Counted from the first letter of the stretch, positions 27,552 through 37,769 are shown. The stretch is DNA of 64,000 nucleotides from Candidatus Latescibacterota bacterium (GCA_965204745.1 OZ242010.1:5280001-5344000); one strand, 5' to 3'. Numbers and translations are program-made. Notes: generated by a model from the sequence alone, not told the origin.

Positions 27552-28543
27552 CACCTCTTGCTGGGCGGATGGGGAAACGGGCGGGGACTGACCACTGCAT
27601 TTGCCTCTCCCGTCTTGCCTCTCCCGTCTTGCCTCTTCCCTCTCTCCTCTGCCCATGCCCGCAGGGGAATGTCATCTCCATTTTTTGTGAGCCAGTATTG
27701 AGACGAGGGGTGAAACTCGGATTCCGGGCCGAGGGGGTCGCCGCCGGATGCCAGCGCGCCGAGCAACTGTTGTCGAATGGGCGAACTGCGTTGGATGAGT
27801 GCCTCGTCTTGCGCGATGTAATCCGTTGGGCGCAGCCAGCGGTAGTGGTAGCCCACATGCATGATCTTCCGGGTTTTCCGCGACAAGTTCGGCCCGACGC
27901 AGTGCCAGACCGCTGTGCGCCACAACACGGCAGACCCGGCGCACAACTTGAGTTCCACGGCCTCTTCGGGGCTGACCACGCGCCCGGCGTCGCGCAGTTC
28001 CTCGGGCTTGCGCTTGTGGCTACCCGGCACCAACCACAAGTTGCCGCAGTTGGACTCGGTCATGTCGTAGAGCACGTAAAAAATCTTGATCTCCATGAAC
28101 GGCAACCGCCCGTCCAGCGAGGGCGCGAGAAACAGGGTGTCGCTCGCCAAATCCGGATGCCACGCGACATTGCGATACCCGGCTTCTTGATCCGCGCCCT
28201 TGCCCACGCCCACGTCGCCGGGCGTCATGCCTTCGGGATACGGCGGGCGATAATCCAAATGCGTGGTTCTGATCTGGATGTTCCACCCAATCGCATCCAC
28301 CACCAAAGGCAACATGCGCGGGTGGTCGATCAAGTCGAGAAACGCCTCGTGTTGCGACAAGGCATTCCGCACGGCAAACGGATCACTGGGGCACAAACCC
28401 TCGGCCGCCCGAACCCGCTCGGCCACCTCGTCAATCGCCAACAAGAGCCGATCCACCTCGGCCTGCGCCAAAAAATCCTCGAAAACGACAAATCCCTTTT
28501 CCTCAAAATCCCGCGCCTGCTCCTCGGTCATTGCAAGGGCCAT
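27551..28543 (-). CDS. Phytanoyl-CoA dioxygenase (PhyH) family Fe(II)/2-oxoglutarate oxygenase
   Basis: FEEKGFVVFEDFL, LIDHP, WHPD, GNLWLVPGSHK, WHCVGPN.S...R. Confidence 0.88.
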   Translation of the reverse strand: MALAMTEEQARDFEEKGFVVFEDFLAQAEVDRLLLAIDEVAERVRAAEGLCPSDPFAVRNALSQHEAFLDLIDHPRMLPLVVDAIGWNIQIRTTHLDYRPPYPEGMTPGDVGVGKGADQEAGYRNVAWHPDLASDTLFLAPSLDGRLPFMEIKIFYVLYDMTESNCGNLWLVPGSHKRKPEELRDAGRVVSPEEAVELKLCAGSAVLWRTAVWHCVGPNLSRKTRKIMHVGYHYRWLRPTDYIAQDEALIQRSSPIRQQLLGALASGGDPLGPESEFHPSSQYWLTKNGDDIPLRAWAEERGKRQDGRGKTGEANAVVSPRPFPHPPSKR

Positions 28544-28571
28544 CGCGTTCCCCCTTCATTGCGAAAATGGA

Positions 28572-28928
28572 TTATTCATCCGCATCGGGCACCTTGCAGC
28601 AATTAGGCAACTGCTGATAGGCTGTGGAATCGGCCTGTTTGTCGTTGGCCGCATACCCCGATTGGACGATTGCCTGCTCCAATGCGGGCACATCGGTCAC
28701 TTTGGCGTCGAATGTCACCGTTGCGGTTTTGGCATTCAGCTCGACGCGCACATCTTGCACGCCCTCGACCTGTTTCACCGCTGTTTCCACGGTGTTGACG
28801 CACACCGCGCATTGCAGCGTCGGCAACTTCACTTCGGCGGTTGTGGCTTCCGACTTTGCCGAACAGCCGATATGGGCCGCGGCGCCGATTGCACACGCGA
28901 TCACCCAGGCAAAAATGCGAACCTTCAT
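28572..28928 (-). CDS. Exported heavy-metal-associated (HMA) domain protein, CopZ/MerP-like, possible lipoprotein
   Basis: Signal peptide ending IGC, LQCAVC metal motif, C-terminal YQQLPNCC. SD ggaggt. Confidence 0.88.
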   Translation of the reverse strand: MKVRIFAWVIACAIGAAAHIGCSAKSEATTAEVKLPTLQCAVCVNTVETAVKQVEGVQDVRVELNAKTATVTFDAKVTDVPALEQAIVQSGYAANDKQADSTAYQQLPNCCKVPDADE

Positions 28929-28965
28929 GATACACCTCCAAAAAAATATGGGTTGAGGCGCGGTC

Positions 28966-31900
28966 TCATTTTTCGCGCCCTTCGTTGAACTGCCTCTCCT
29001 TCCACAAGGCGTAAATCGCGGGGATCACCAAAAGCGTCAGGATCGTGGAGGACACCATCCCGCCGACCATCGGCGCGGCGATGCGTTTCATCGCCTCGGC
29101 GCCCGTGCCTGTGGACCACATGATCGGCAACAGGCCGACCATTGTCGAGAACACCGTCATCAACTTGGGCCGCACGCGCTCCACCGCGCCTGCGATGATG
29201 GCCCGGTTCAAGTCTGCCCGCGTCAGTGTCTCGCGTTCGTACGCCTGATTCAGATAGATCAGCATCACCACCCCGGTTTCGGCGGCCAGGCCGGCCAGTG
29301 CGATGAACCCGACGCCGACGGCAATGCTCATCTCGTAATCCAAAATATACAGCAACCATATCCCGCCGACCAGTGCAAAAGGCAGGGATAGCATGACGAT
29401 CAGGCTCTCGGCCACGGTTTTGAAATTCAGGTACAGCAGAATGAAAATGATCGCAAGGGTGACGGGTATGACCACCTTCAGCTTTTGCTCGGCGCGTAGC
29501 ATGTACTCGTACTGCCCGCTCCAGATCACGGTGTAGCCGGGGGGCATTGCCACCTGCTCCAAGACCGCCTGCCGCGCTTTTTCGACATAAGTGCCCACAT
29601 CCACGTCTCGGATATCCACGTAGATCCACGCATTGAGGCGGGCGTTCTCGCTCTTGATGCTCGGCGGGCCTTTCCGAATGCGGAGCGCAGCCAATTCGCC
29701 AAGGGGGATTTGCGCGCCCGTGGGCGTGGGGACGAAGACGCGCCGCAGTGCGGGCAAATTGTCGCGCAATTCCCGGCCGTAGCGCAAATTTATCGGGTAG
29801 CGCGCCAAGCCCTCGACAGCATGCGTGATGTTCTGCCCGCCGAGTGCGGTCACGATAATGTCCTGCACGTCTCCCACTGTGAGCCCGTAACGCGCAACGG
29901 CCTGTCGGTCGATTTCAAAATCGAGATAATTGCCGCCGGCAACGCGCTCGGCAAACGCGCTTTGCGTGCCCGGCAGGCCGCGCATGACCGCCTCGATTTG
30001 TTTGCCCAATGCCTGCAACGTGTCGAGGTTGTCGCCCACGACCTTGATGCCCACCGGGGTTTTGATGCCGGTCGAGAGCATGTCGATGCGCGTCTTGATC
30101 GGCATGGTCCACGCATTGGTCAGGCCGGGGAATTGGACCGCGCGGTCCAGTTCTCGAATCAATTTTTGCGGGGTCATGCCCTCGCGCCATTCGGATTCGG
30201 GTTTGAGCATAATGGTGGTTTCGATCATCGACAAAGGCGCGGGGTCCGTTGCGGTTTCTGCGCGTCCGATTTTGCCGAATACGTGTTCGACTTCCGGAAA
30301 CGTGCGGATGATTTTGTCGGTCTGTTGCAACAAGGCCCGCGCTTTGGTGATCGACACGCCGGGCAAGGTCGTGGGCATGTACAGCAGGTCGCCTTCGTAC
30401 AGGGGGGGCATAAATTCCGAGCCGATTTTTTCGAGTGGAAACAGCGCGTCCAATTTGACCAGCGCCTTGTGGGTCAGGCTTTGCGGATGGGTTGCAAAAC
30501 GCGAGACGACGAGATCGCGGAACGGGAACGCGGTCGCGAACAACGCGGCGCAGCCCAAGGCGACGGTCAGCAGTCGATGGTGCAACACCCAGTCGATCAT
30601 GGGGCGGTACAGAAAAATCAATCCCCGGTTGATGGGATTTTCCGCTTCGGGGCGGATTTTGCCGCGCACGAAAAAGGTCATCAGCACGGGCACGACGGTA
30701 ATCGCCAAGCATGCCGCCGCTACCATCGCATAAGTTTTGGTGTACGCGAGCGGTTTGAACAGCCGGCCTTCCTGCGCCTCGAGGGAAAAGACCGGCAAAA
30801 ACGACAGCGCGATGATCAGCATGGAAAAGAATAGGGAGGGCCCCACTTCTTTGGACGCGGCGATGACGATGTCCAGGTGCGGCTTTTTCCCGGCGTCGCG
30901 CTCGAGGTGCTTGTGAGCGTTTTCGATCATCACGATAGCCGCATCCACCATCGCGCCGATAGCTATGGCGATGCCGCCGAGGGACATGATATTCGAGTTG
31001 ACGCCCTGATGGTGCATGGCGATGAACGCGATCAATATCCCCATCGGCAAGGTGAACACCGCGACAAACGCGCTGCGAAAATGCAGGAGAAAGACCATGC
31101 ACACCACGGCCACGACCGCGATCTCTTCTAGCAGCTTTTGTCGCAAGTGATCGACCGCGCGCAAGATCAGCGCGGAGCGGTCATAATTGGGGATGACGAC
31201 CACGCCCTTGGGCAGGCCGGGTTTGAGCGTCTCGAGTTTTTGTTTGACCCGCTCGATCACTTTGAGGGCGTTTTCCCCGTAGCGCATGACCACGATGCCG
31301 CCGACCACTTCGCCCTCGCCATTCCACTCGGCCAAGCCCCGCCTGAGTTCCGGGCCCACTTGCACGGTCGCAATGTCTTTGACGCGAATGGGCGTGCCCT
31401 TGTCATCCACGCCGAGCGCGATGTGCTCGATGTCTGCCACAGAGCGGATGTAGCCCAAGCCGCGCACCATAAATTCCGTTTCGGCCAGTTCGACGAGCCG
31501 CCCGCCCACGTCGTCGTTGCTGCGCTGAATGGCCATCCGCACCTCTTGCAACGGGATGTTGTACGCCAGCAGGCGATGGGGATCCACCACGACTTGATAC
31601 TGTTTGACAAATCCCCCGACGGACGCCACTTCCGCGACGCCCTGCACGCTGCTCAATTCGTAGCGCAAGTACCAGTCTTGGATGGAGCGCAACTCCGACA
31701 AATCGCGCGTGCCCGTGGTGTCCAACACCGCGTATTGATAGACCCAACCCACGCCGGTCGCATCGGGCCCCAGCACGGGCGTGACCCCACGCGGCAATCT
31801 GCCGGACGCGGCATTGAGGTATTCCAATACCCGGCTGCGCGCCCAATACATGTCCGTGCCATCCTCAAAAATCACATAGACGTAAGACAGGCCAAAAAAC

Positions 31901-32157
31901 GAGTACCCGCGCACGGTCTTGGCATGAGGCACGGACAACATCGCGGTGGTCAGGGGATAGGTCACTTGGTCTTCGACCACCTGCGGCGCTTGCCCCGGGT
32001 ATTCGGTGAACACGATCACCTGCACGTCCGACAAATCGGGAATCGCATCCAGCGGCGTGTTCACCATAGCATACACGCCCCAGCCGATCACCATCACCGT
32101 GGCGATCACCACCAAAAAACGATTCTCCACACTCGCTTGGATGATTTGGTTTAACAT
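28966..32157 (-). CDS. cusA: CusA/SilA-type Cu(I)/Ag(I) RND efflux pump, 1063 aa
   Basis: DAIPDLSDVQVI, GPDATGVGW, GAMVDAAIVMIEN, and the Met-triad contexts LLYMP, PLSMIET, RIDML. Start moved from 32313 to ATG 32157. Confidence 0.93.
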   Translation of the reverse strand: MLNQIIQASVENRFLVVIATVMVIGWGVYAMVNTPLDAIPDLSDVQVIVFTEYPGQAPQVVEDQVTYPLTTAMLSVPHAKTVRGYSFFGLSYVYVIFEDGTDMYWARSRVLEYLNAASGRLPRGVTPVLGPDATGVGWVYQYAVLDTTGTRDLSELRSIQDWYLRYELSSVQGVAEVASVGGFVKQYQVVVDPHRLLAYNIPLQEVRMAIQRSNDDVGGRLVELAETEFMVRGLGYIRSVADIEHIALGVDDKGTPIRVKDIATVQVGPELRRGLAEWNGEGEVVGGIVVMRYGENALKVIERVKQKLETLKPGLPKGVVVIPNYDRSALILRAVDHLRQKLLEEIAVVAVVCMVFLLHFRSAFVAVFTLPMGILIAFIAMHHQGVNSNIMSLGGIAIAIGAMVDAAIVMIENAHKHLERDAGKKPHLDIVIAASKEVGPSLFFSMLIIALSFLPVFSLEAQEGRLFKPLAYTKTYAMVAAACLAITVVPVLMTFFVRGKIRPEAENPINRGLIFLYRPMIDWVLHHRLLTVALGCAALFATAFPFRDLVVSRFATHPQSLTHKALVKLDALFPLEKIGSEFMPPLYEGDLLYMPTTLPGVSITKARALLQQTDKIIRTFPEVEHVFGKIGRAETATDPAPLSMIETTIMLKPESEWREGMTPQKLIRELDRAVQFPGLTNAWTMPIKTRIDMLSTGIKTPVGIKVVGDNLDTLQALGKQIEAVMRGLPGTQSAFAERVAGGNYLDFEIDRQAVARYGLTVGDVQDIIVTALGGQNITHAVEGLARYPINLRYGRELRDNLPALRRVFVPTPTGAQIPLGELAALRIRKGPPSIKSENARLNAWIYVDIRDVDVGTYVEKARQAVLEQVAMPPGYTVIWSGQYEYMLRAEQKLKVVIPVTLAIIFILLYLNFKTVAESLIVMLSLPFALVGGIWLLYILDYEMSIAVGVGFIALAGLAAETGVVMLIYLNQAYERETLTRADLNRAIIAGAVERVRPKLMTVFSTMVGLLPIMWSTGTGAEAMKRIAAPMVGGMVSSTILTLLVIPAIYALWKERQFNEGREK

Positions 32158-32163
32158 GGCAGC

Positions 32164-32510
32164 GGTGAAAGGTGAGAGGTGAAAGGTGAAAGGTGAGAGG
32201 GCCGCCCAACAGCCCATCCGCAAGTAAGAGGTGAGACGGGAGAGGTGAGAGGGCCGCCCAACAGCCCATCCGCAAGTAAGAGGTGAGACGGGAGAGGTGA
32301 GAGGGCCGCCCAACAGCCCATCCGCAAGTAAGGGGGAATGGCGAGAGGTCTTCGGGGTTCATGGCGTTATCCATTCGCCCAAAGCCATCAAATCCGCCCT
32401 GGATGCAACCCTTTAAGAAAGCCATGCGCTCCCCCTTTCCTCGTAGGCACAGGCGTAGCCTACAATGAGCGAAGCGAATAACGGGGGCCGGGGGGATAGG
32501 GCTATGGCGG
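32164..32510. repeat. Repeat block: (GGTGARA)n heptamers, about three 52-bp tandem units, then a composite REP element
   Basis: gggccgcccaacagcccatccgcaagtaag recurs at 32198, 32250 and 32302 with identical linkers. Confidence 0.9.
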
Positions 32511-32540
32511 TAGGCCGGTTGGGGAACGCGGTTGGGGGTA

Positions 32541-34154
32541 CTATCCTCCGAACAGGCGGGCGAAAATGATAAAATCCGCGAAATCGACGCGGCCGTCTTG
32601 GTTGAGATCAAAGCGGGAATCAAAGTCCGCGTCGCCTTGGCGCAGGCCGAAGTGTTCGGCGAACAAGCGAAAATCGTCAAAACTCCGTTGTCCATTGCCA
32701 TCAAAGTCAATGCGCGCGGCATAGCCCACGCTGGGAGATAGGGCGATGTACTCGTCGCCTTTTCGATAGGGCACGTATTCCATTGCCACGAGGAGCATTT
32801 CATCCGTGGTTTTTTCGCCCCACGCCACCGTGCGCGGGGGGGAATTGGGATTGAGCGGATTGCCGACGGTATTGTCATACGTGACGACAGCGTGAATTTT
32901 CGATCCCGCGACAATTTTCTGAAAATGCGTGAAGGTGTAACTGCCCTGCCAATCAAAATCCCAGTCTGAAATCCGCACGAGATTGACGCGCTTGCCCTGT
33001 GGATCCACCGCGTACACGTCCCATGACCTGCCCAGCAAGTGCATGTGCGGGTAGATGGACAACAAGCTGATGTCTTGATCGATAGTGAGGGTACCGCGAA
33101 AGGTTTTGACCCTGCGTGCCGGGATGACAAAGCGGCTGTCGATCTCGAGTTTTGCCATCGGATTGATCGCGCCAAACAAGTCGTCCGCGCTGCCGAGGAG
33201 ATCGATCAAGTCTTCGACAGTGGGCGACAAATCCCCGAGTGCTTTGAGTTGCTCGATGTCGCGCCCGCCAAAAAGGCCGAAGAACGCTTTGACGTCATTG
33301 AGCGAAAAAGGCACGATAGCGATGAGGCCCACCTCTCTTTCGAGGGGTTCTTTTTTGAAAAAGATGTTCACGCTGGATCGATCCGACTCTGCAATGGGCC
33401 AGGGCGCGTAATGCACTTGGATGAGCAAATCGGCGTCTTTGGGCAAGATCTGTCCAACGCCCTGGGGAAATGCCACCGGGCGCGCGCCCGGGGTATAGGA
33501 GGGCAGGAGGGCGGCAATGGGCGAATCGAACCCGCCAAAAGACGCGTACCCGTATTCCGGGGTTTCGAGATCTTTTCGGCGCGCCGTGCCCGTGATGTCA
33601 ACCGCGAGAAGCGCGTGGTGAACGATCTGGCGATTGCCCGGCCGAAATTCAATCGCCGCGATAGCCCGATGTTCTGTCAGCCCGGTTGGGAGGACGAAGA
33701 CCTGATACTGGTCCTCGTTATCCCCGCGGATGGTAAAGGGTTCTGCCATGGTCAAGACGAGGTCCGGCGTGCCGAGTGCAGACCCCGTGGGAAAGGTCGG
33801 CAGCGGTGCTTCGAGGGCGAGGTCGCCTCGCGGAAATCCCGCGTCGACCCAATCGCGGATCAGGTCAATTTCGCTTTGCGTCAATGTTTGTTCGCCGATG
33901 TGCCGGCCGTAATTGGGATTGGGTTTCCACGGCGGCATTGCCCTGGTCTGCGTGACGTGTTTGACCATGGTCGCGTACGCCGCAACCTCGCTGTAATTCG
34001 TAAAAGGCATCGGCCCAATTTCACCCGTGCGATGGCAAGATGTGCAGTTGTTGTAGATGATCGGGGAAATGTGTTCGCCAAACGCGATGGTTTGTGCGTG
34101 CGGCGAAGCAAGGGCGCAGGCGAGTGCGAGAATCAACAGGGCGAATACGCGCAT
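32541..34154 (-). CDS. Secreted copper type II ascorbate-dependent monooxygenase-like protein with N-terminal c-heme motif and C-terminal EF-hand/dockerin-like domain
   Basis: Signal peptide, CTSCHR + MPPW, VHH/VHY and PHMH/DEM copper-ligand motifs, WDFDWQ, DFDGNG...FDLNQDGRVDFADF. Confidence 0.8.
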   Translation of the reverse strand: MRVFALLILALACALASPHAQTIAFGEHISPIIYNNCTSCHRTGEIGPMPFTNYSEVAAYATMVKHVTQTRAMPPWKPNPNYGRHIGEQTLTQSEIDLIRDWVDAGFPRGDLALEAPLPTFPTGSALGTPDLVLTMAEPFTIRGDNEDQYQVFVLPTGLTEHRAIAAIEFRPGNRQIVHHALLAVDITGTARRKDLETPEYGYASFGGFDSPIAALLPSYTPGARPVAFPQGVGQILPKDADLLIQVHYAPWPIAESDRSSVNIFFKKEPLEREVGLIAIVPFSLNDVKAFFGLFGGRDIEQLKALGDLSPTVEDLIDLLGSADDLFGAINPMAKLEIDSRFVIPARRVKTFRGTLTIDQDISLLSIYPHMHLLGRSWDVYAVDPQGKRVNLVRISDWDFDWQGSYTFTHFQKIVAGSKIHAVVTYDNTVGNPLNPNSPPRTVAWGEKTTDEMLLVAMEYVPYRKGDEYIALSPSVGYAARIDFDGNGQRSFDDFRLFAEHFGLRQGDADFDSRFDLNQDGRVDFADFIIFARLFGG

Positions 34155-34159
34155 GGGGG

Positions 34160-34687
34160 TTACTCCTGTGCTGTGTTTTGCAAGGGCGTGATGAAGCAGC
34201 CAATGGCTTGGGTTTTGCGAAATGTCGAGGGCTTTTTGTTGCGGAGGACATTCAGGACATCCGCGAGGTCATGCTCGGTGACGACCCTGCGCCGCTTGCC
34301 CACGCGCGCAAAGGTGTTGTCAATGCGGCCCTGGTAGATCGCGGTATTTGACGAATCGACAACCACGACCTCGGGCATCACGGTTATCCCAAAGCGCTTC
34401 ACCCATGTGTGGGCGGAATCCCGGATGCAGGAGAACGGCAGCATGTATTTCTCTTTGAACGCGGCGATGGTGGTCGATGTGGAGAGCGCGTTGGGGAACA
34501 CGCCGATAAATGCGAGTTCTTCAGCCGCGTACTTCGCGTGCAACTTTCTCAGCGTCAGGGTGTAATGCCGCGAGACCGGACAGGTTTCCCCGAGAAAGAC
34601 ATAGACCTTATGCGGCGCGCAAATCCCCGATCCGACCAAGAGCAAAATCGCACAGGGGATGACCAAAATAGCATGACGCCAATTCAT
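34160..34687 (-). CDS. Exported redoxin/thioredoxin-fold protein (AhpC/TSA-like)
   Basis: FLGETCPVS, PEVVV, YQGRIDN, AIGCFI. SD ggagga before ATG 34687; ends 5 bp before the monooxygenase. Confidence 0.82.
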   Translation of the reverse strand: MNWRHAILVIPCAILLLVGSGICAPHKVYVFLGETCPVSRHYTLTLRKLHAKYAAEELAFIGVFPNALSTSTTIAAFKEKYMLPFSCIRDSAHTWVKRFGITVMPEVVVVDSSNTAIYQGRIDNTFARVGKRRRVVTEHDLADVLNVLRNKKPSTFRKTQAIGCFITPLQNTAQE

Positions 34688-34721
34688 CGATCTCCTCCAC
34701 GAAACAATGGAAAAATTTGCG

Positions 34722-34750
34722 TTGACAACTACACATTTGTTTATGATAAT
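34722..34750 (+). promoter_or_regulatory. Possible sigma-70 promoter for the methyltransferase
   Basis: TTGACA-17 bp-GATAAT. Confidence 0.4.
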
Positions 34751-34857
34751 GCCTTCACAATAGCTATTGCAGAGGAAAGCATGGGGCAATCAACGCCTCA
34801 GTTCAACCCAAACGCAGAATAACTTCGTTCAAAATTTTTAAGCGAAAAGGACAGGCG

Positions 34858-36603
34858 GTGGTCATCACAAAACAAAAGGCAATGGGGGTACATTTTACCC
34901 CTCCTGAATTGGCCCGGTTTGTAGCGCGGAGAATTATTAACGCATTCTCTTCCAATGCCTCAAAGCACCTCAGGGTTCTCGATCCCGCTTGTGGAGATGG
35001 CGAATTGCTTTTGGCATTTGCCGAAATGCTTCCCGACTCATTTCAAGGCCGATGTACTTTGGTAGGTATCGAGTCAGACTGTTCATCATTGCATCGCGCG
35101 AGCGAACGATTGGCGCACTTGCCTCAAAAAGAAGTCGAACTCCACGAAGACGATTTTCTAGCGTTCTACGAAAATCAGCAGAAACGCCCCGATTTGTTTC
35201 ATCTCCCTTCAAACGGTCATTCGCTTGTAAAACCCGCCGATGTCATTATTGCAAATCCCCCTTATGTAAGGACACAGATACTCGGCGCCGCGAAAGCACG
35301 AGAATTATCGAACCTTTTTGGTTTGAAGGGGCGGATCGATCTCTATCAGGCATTTCTGATTGCAATGACCGATCATTTGTCTCCGGGGGGAATGATCGGC
35401 GTCATTACTTCAAATAGGTTTCTTTTTACCCGAGGTGCAAGTGTTGTGCGAGAATTTTTGGATCGTCAATACCATATCACTGAAATTTTTGATCTTGGAG
35501 ATACGAAACTTTTTGACGCTGCGGTACTGCCCGCGGTGTTTATAGGACAGCGCAAATCCGACGGTGAATTACCCGACAAAAAGTTACAAAAATTTGTGAA
35601 AATTTATGAAAATCTGAACGGCAATGACAATTCCAAACAAAATGTAGAGTACTCTGACTCCGTGTTCAAAGTTCTCGAAAGCGAAGCCATTGGCACGTAT
35701 CAAATCCAGAGTAAATGCTTCAATATCTCCCGAGGTCTTCTTTCTATCCCAGCCTCATCCTCCGAACCGTGGCGCATGGTCACGGCAGGGGAAAGTGCTT
35801 GGCTCAAAAGGATAAACGCTCGGGCCTTTTATCGCATTGGAGATATTTTGAAAGTTCGAGTGGGTATTAAGACCACGGCGGATGAGGTGTTCATCAGAGA
35901 AAATTGGGACGCGCTTTCCAAAACGCGAAAGCCAGAAAAAAAACTCCTTCAATACTTGCTGTCTCATGGCGATGCGGCCCGTTGGCGTTCTCTAACGAGG
36001 AAAGAGGCCCTCAAGCAAGTCTTGTACACTCATGAAGAGAAAAATGGCAGACGTCAGGCGATTGATTTATCTGAATATCCACGAGCTAAGGCGTATCTCT
36101 CTCTGTATCGAAAGCGTTTGGAAGGCAGAAAATACGTTTTGAAAGCGAAGCGCAATTGGTACGAGATCTGGGTACCTCAAAATCCCCATCTGTGGAAACG
36201 GCCCAAAATCGTTTTTCCCGATATAAGTTTGGTGCCCAAATTTTTCTATGATGCAGATGGATATATCGTCGATGGCAACTGCTACTGGATTCCACTGGAA
36301 AACGGAACGGATGAAGAGGTGCTTTTTCTGATACAAGGCGTGGCAAATTCAAAACTCATGACGCGCTATCACGACCTTTCATTTAACAACAAGCTCTATG
36401 CTGGACGGCGGCGATATTTGACTCAATACGTTCAAAAGTATCCCCTTCCCGATCCAACCACCCGCGACGCACAGCAGATTGTCGCTCTGGTCAAAGCGTT
36501 GGTATTTTCTGTCTCAGATGATAAATCGCGTGATGAAAAAGAACGAGAATTGGAAATTACGGTCGCAAGTGCCTTTGGCGTAGAGCCCGTGTCCGAAATT
36601 TAG
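34858..36603 (+). CDS. Type II N6-adenine DNA methyltransferase (gamma class, TaqI/Eco57I-like) with C-terminal target recognition domain
   Basis: HFTP, VLDPACGDG (motif I), IANPPY (motif IV), DLYQAF, PKIVFPDIS. Confidence 0.9.
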   Translation: MVITKQKAMGVHFTPPELARFVARRIINAFSSNASKHLRVLDPACGDGELLLAFAEMLPDSFQGRCTLVGIESDCSSLHRASERLAHLPQKEVELHEDDFLAFYENQQKRPDLFHLPSNGHSLVKPADVIIANPPYVRTQILGAAKARELSNLFGLKGRIDLYQAFLIAMTDHLSPGGMIGVITSNRFLFTRGASVVREFLDRQYHITEIFDLGDTKLFDAAVLPAVFIGQRKSDGELPDKKLQKFVKIYENLNGNDNSKQNVEYSDSVFKVLESEAIGTYQIQSKCFNISRGLLSIPASSSEPWRMVTAGESAWLKRINARAFYRIGDILKVRVGIKTTADEVFIRENWDALSKTRKPEKKLLQYLLSHGDAARWRSLTRKEALKQVLYTHEEKNGRRQAIDLSEYPRAKAYLSLYRKRLEGRKYVLKAKRNWYEIWVPQNPHLWKRPKIVFPDISLVPKFFYDADGYIVDGNCYWIPLENGTDEEVLFLIQGVANSKLMTRYHDLSFNNKLYAGRRRYLTQYVQKYPLPDPTTRDAQQIVALVKALVFSVSDDKSRDEKERELEITVASAFGVEPVSEI

Positions 36604-37769
36604 GGGTCGTGAACCGCTCGACCTTCATATTGGTCAAAGAAGCTCATCGGAATCGCCCTTTGGCATTTGTAGTTCGTACTGGAAACATAAGAGAAATGCT
36701 CGCCTAATTTTTCCCCAGGACACAACACAACGCCTGTGACGACACCTGTTTTTTCGTCCGTCAATGCAATCAGATATCGAATATCCGATGTCGTGAACCC
36801 CGGACATGCGGGAACATCTTCCTCGACTCGAGGGCTGTACATACCCAAGTCAATGGTGGGCGAATCTTGCACTTTGACTTCGAGTGCTTGATTGGGCAAA
36901 TCGGGATAGCTTCCCATGAGTGGTTCATCCGCACGCGGCATATATCCCAGATACTGGGAAATGAGCAGTTCGAGAAATTGCCCTCGGTTTTTGGTGGTAG
37001 CCCCCTCAATTGTTGCATTTATCAGACGGACCGCTACTTTCTCTCGCAATATTCGCAGTGCCAGTACTCGCCCCTGTCTGGGCTTGTCACGCATAGAAGC
37101 GCGTGGCCTTTCATAAAGTTGCGAAACCATTGTCGCAACTTTAGCGGTATCTGGATAATAGAGAATGGGGGGCCGCGTCTCCAAAATTTTCCTGCGTGTT
37201 TTATCGGTGATAATGAGTTGATGCTTGATTGTGGGCCTGCTAAATTTTCCGAAATGATCGACGATATAATCCGATGATAAGAGGAAAATAGAACGCACTT
37301 CGAAGGTATGGGGATCGACGCGCACGATAACGAATCTAACATCTCGGTCACGCAAGTTTTCCCCAAAAGCGTACTCGATTTGGATACTTTCTCCTACGGG
37401 ATTTCGATTCCATACTTGGAGATTGTACGCCGCGCCCGTTGTAACGATATAGGTGTCGATATATTCTCGCAGAATCCGCGGTACACCTTTCTTTTTTGGA
37501 GGGATGATCGTATAGGAAGCCCGATCACATGGCGGCGGCAACGGGTGTTTTTCAAGTGTTGCCGCGATCAAATTTCGCATATTCGTGCCGTCGGTTCTCG
37601 TTTTCCGCGTCAATGGAAATGAGGTTCCGATCAGCACGCTTAAGCACTCAACGAGGATTTTAGGCGGTGTGAGCGCGTTTTTATTTTTCGGCGGAATCGT
37701 TAAGGGGTTATTCAAAGCGAGCCCCATCTTGAAATGGCGAATGGACTTGTGCAATACCGCGTATCGCAT
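36600..37769 (-). CDS. Probable type II restriction endonuclease, PD-(D/E)XK, 389 aa
   Basis: RGQFLE...YPDLPNQALEVK motif. Convergent with the MTase with overlapping stops and the same AT-richer composition. Start ATG 37769 lies just after the upstream stop. Confidence 0.7.
   Translation of the reverse strand: MRYAVLHKSIRHFKMGLALNNPLTIPPKNKNALTPPKILVECLSVLIGTSFPLTRKTRTDGTNMRNLIAATLEKHPLPPPCDRASYTIIPPKKKGVPRILREYIDTYIVTTGAAYNLQVWNRNPVGESIQIEYAFGENLRDRDVRFVIVRVDPHTFEVRSIFLLSSDYIVDHFGKFSRPTIKHQLIITDKTRRKILETRPPILYYPDTAKVATMVSQLYERPRASMRDKPRQGRVLALRILREKVAVRLINATIEGATTKNRGQFLELLISQYLGYMPRADEPLMGSYPDLPNQALEVKVQDSPTIDLGMYSPRVEEDVPACPGFTTSDIRYLIALTDEKTGVVTGVVLCPGEKLGEHFSYVSSTNYKCQRAIPMSFFDQYEGRAVHDP

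Noticed and set aside
32158-32313. Longer start for cusA
   Set aside because: The extension is translated tandem repeat; family similarity begins at MLNQII.
32198-32331. Three 30-bp repeats resembling a mini CRISPR array
   Set aside because: The linkers are identical heptamer-derived sequence, so this is a plain 52-bp tandem repeat.
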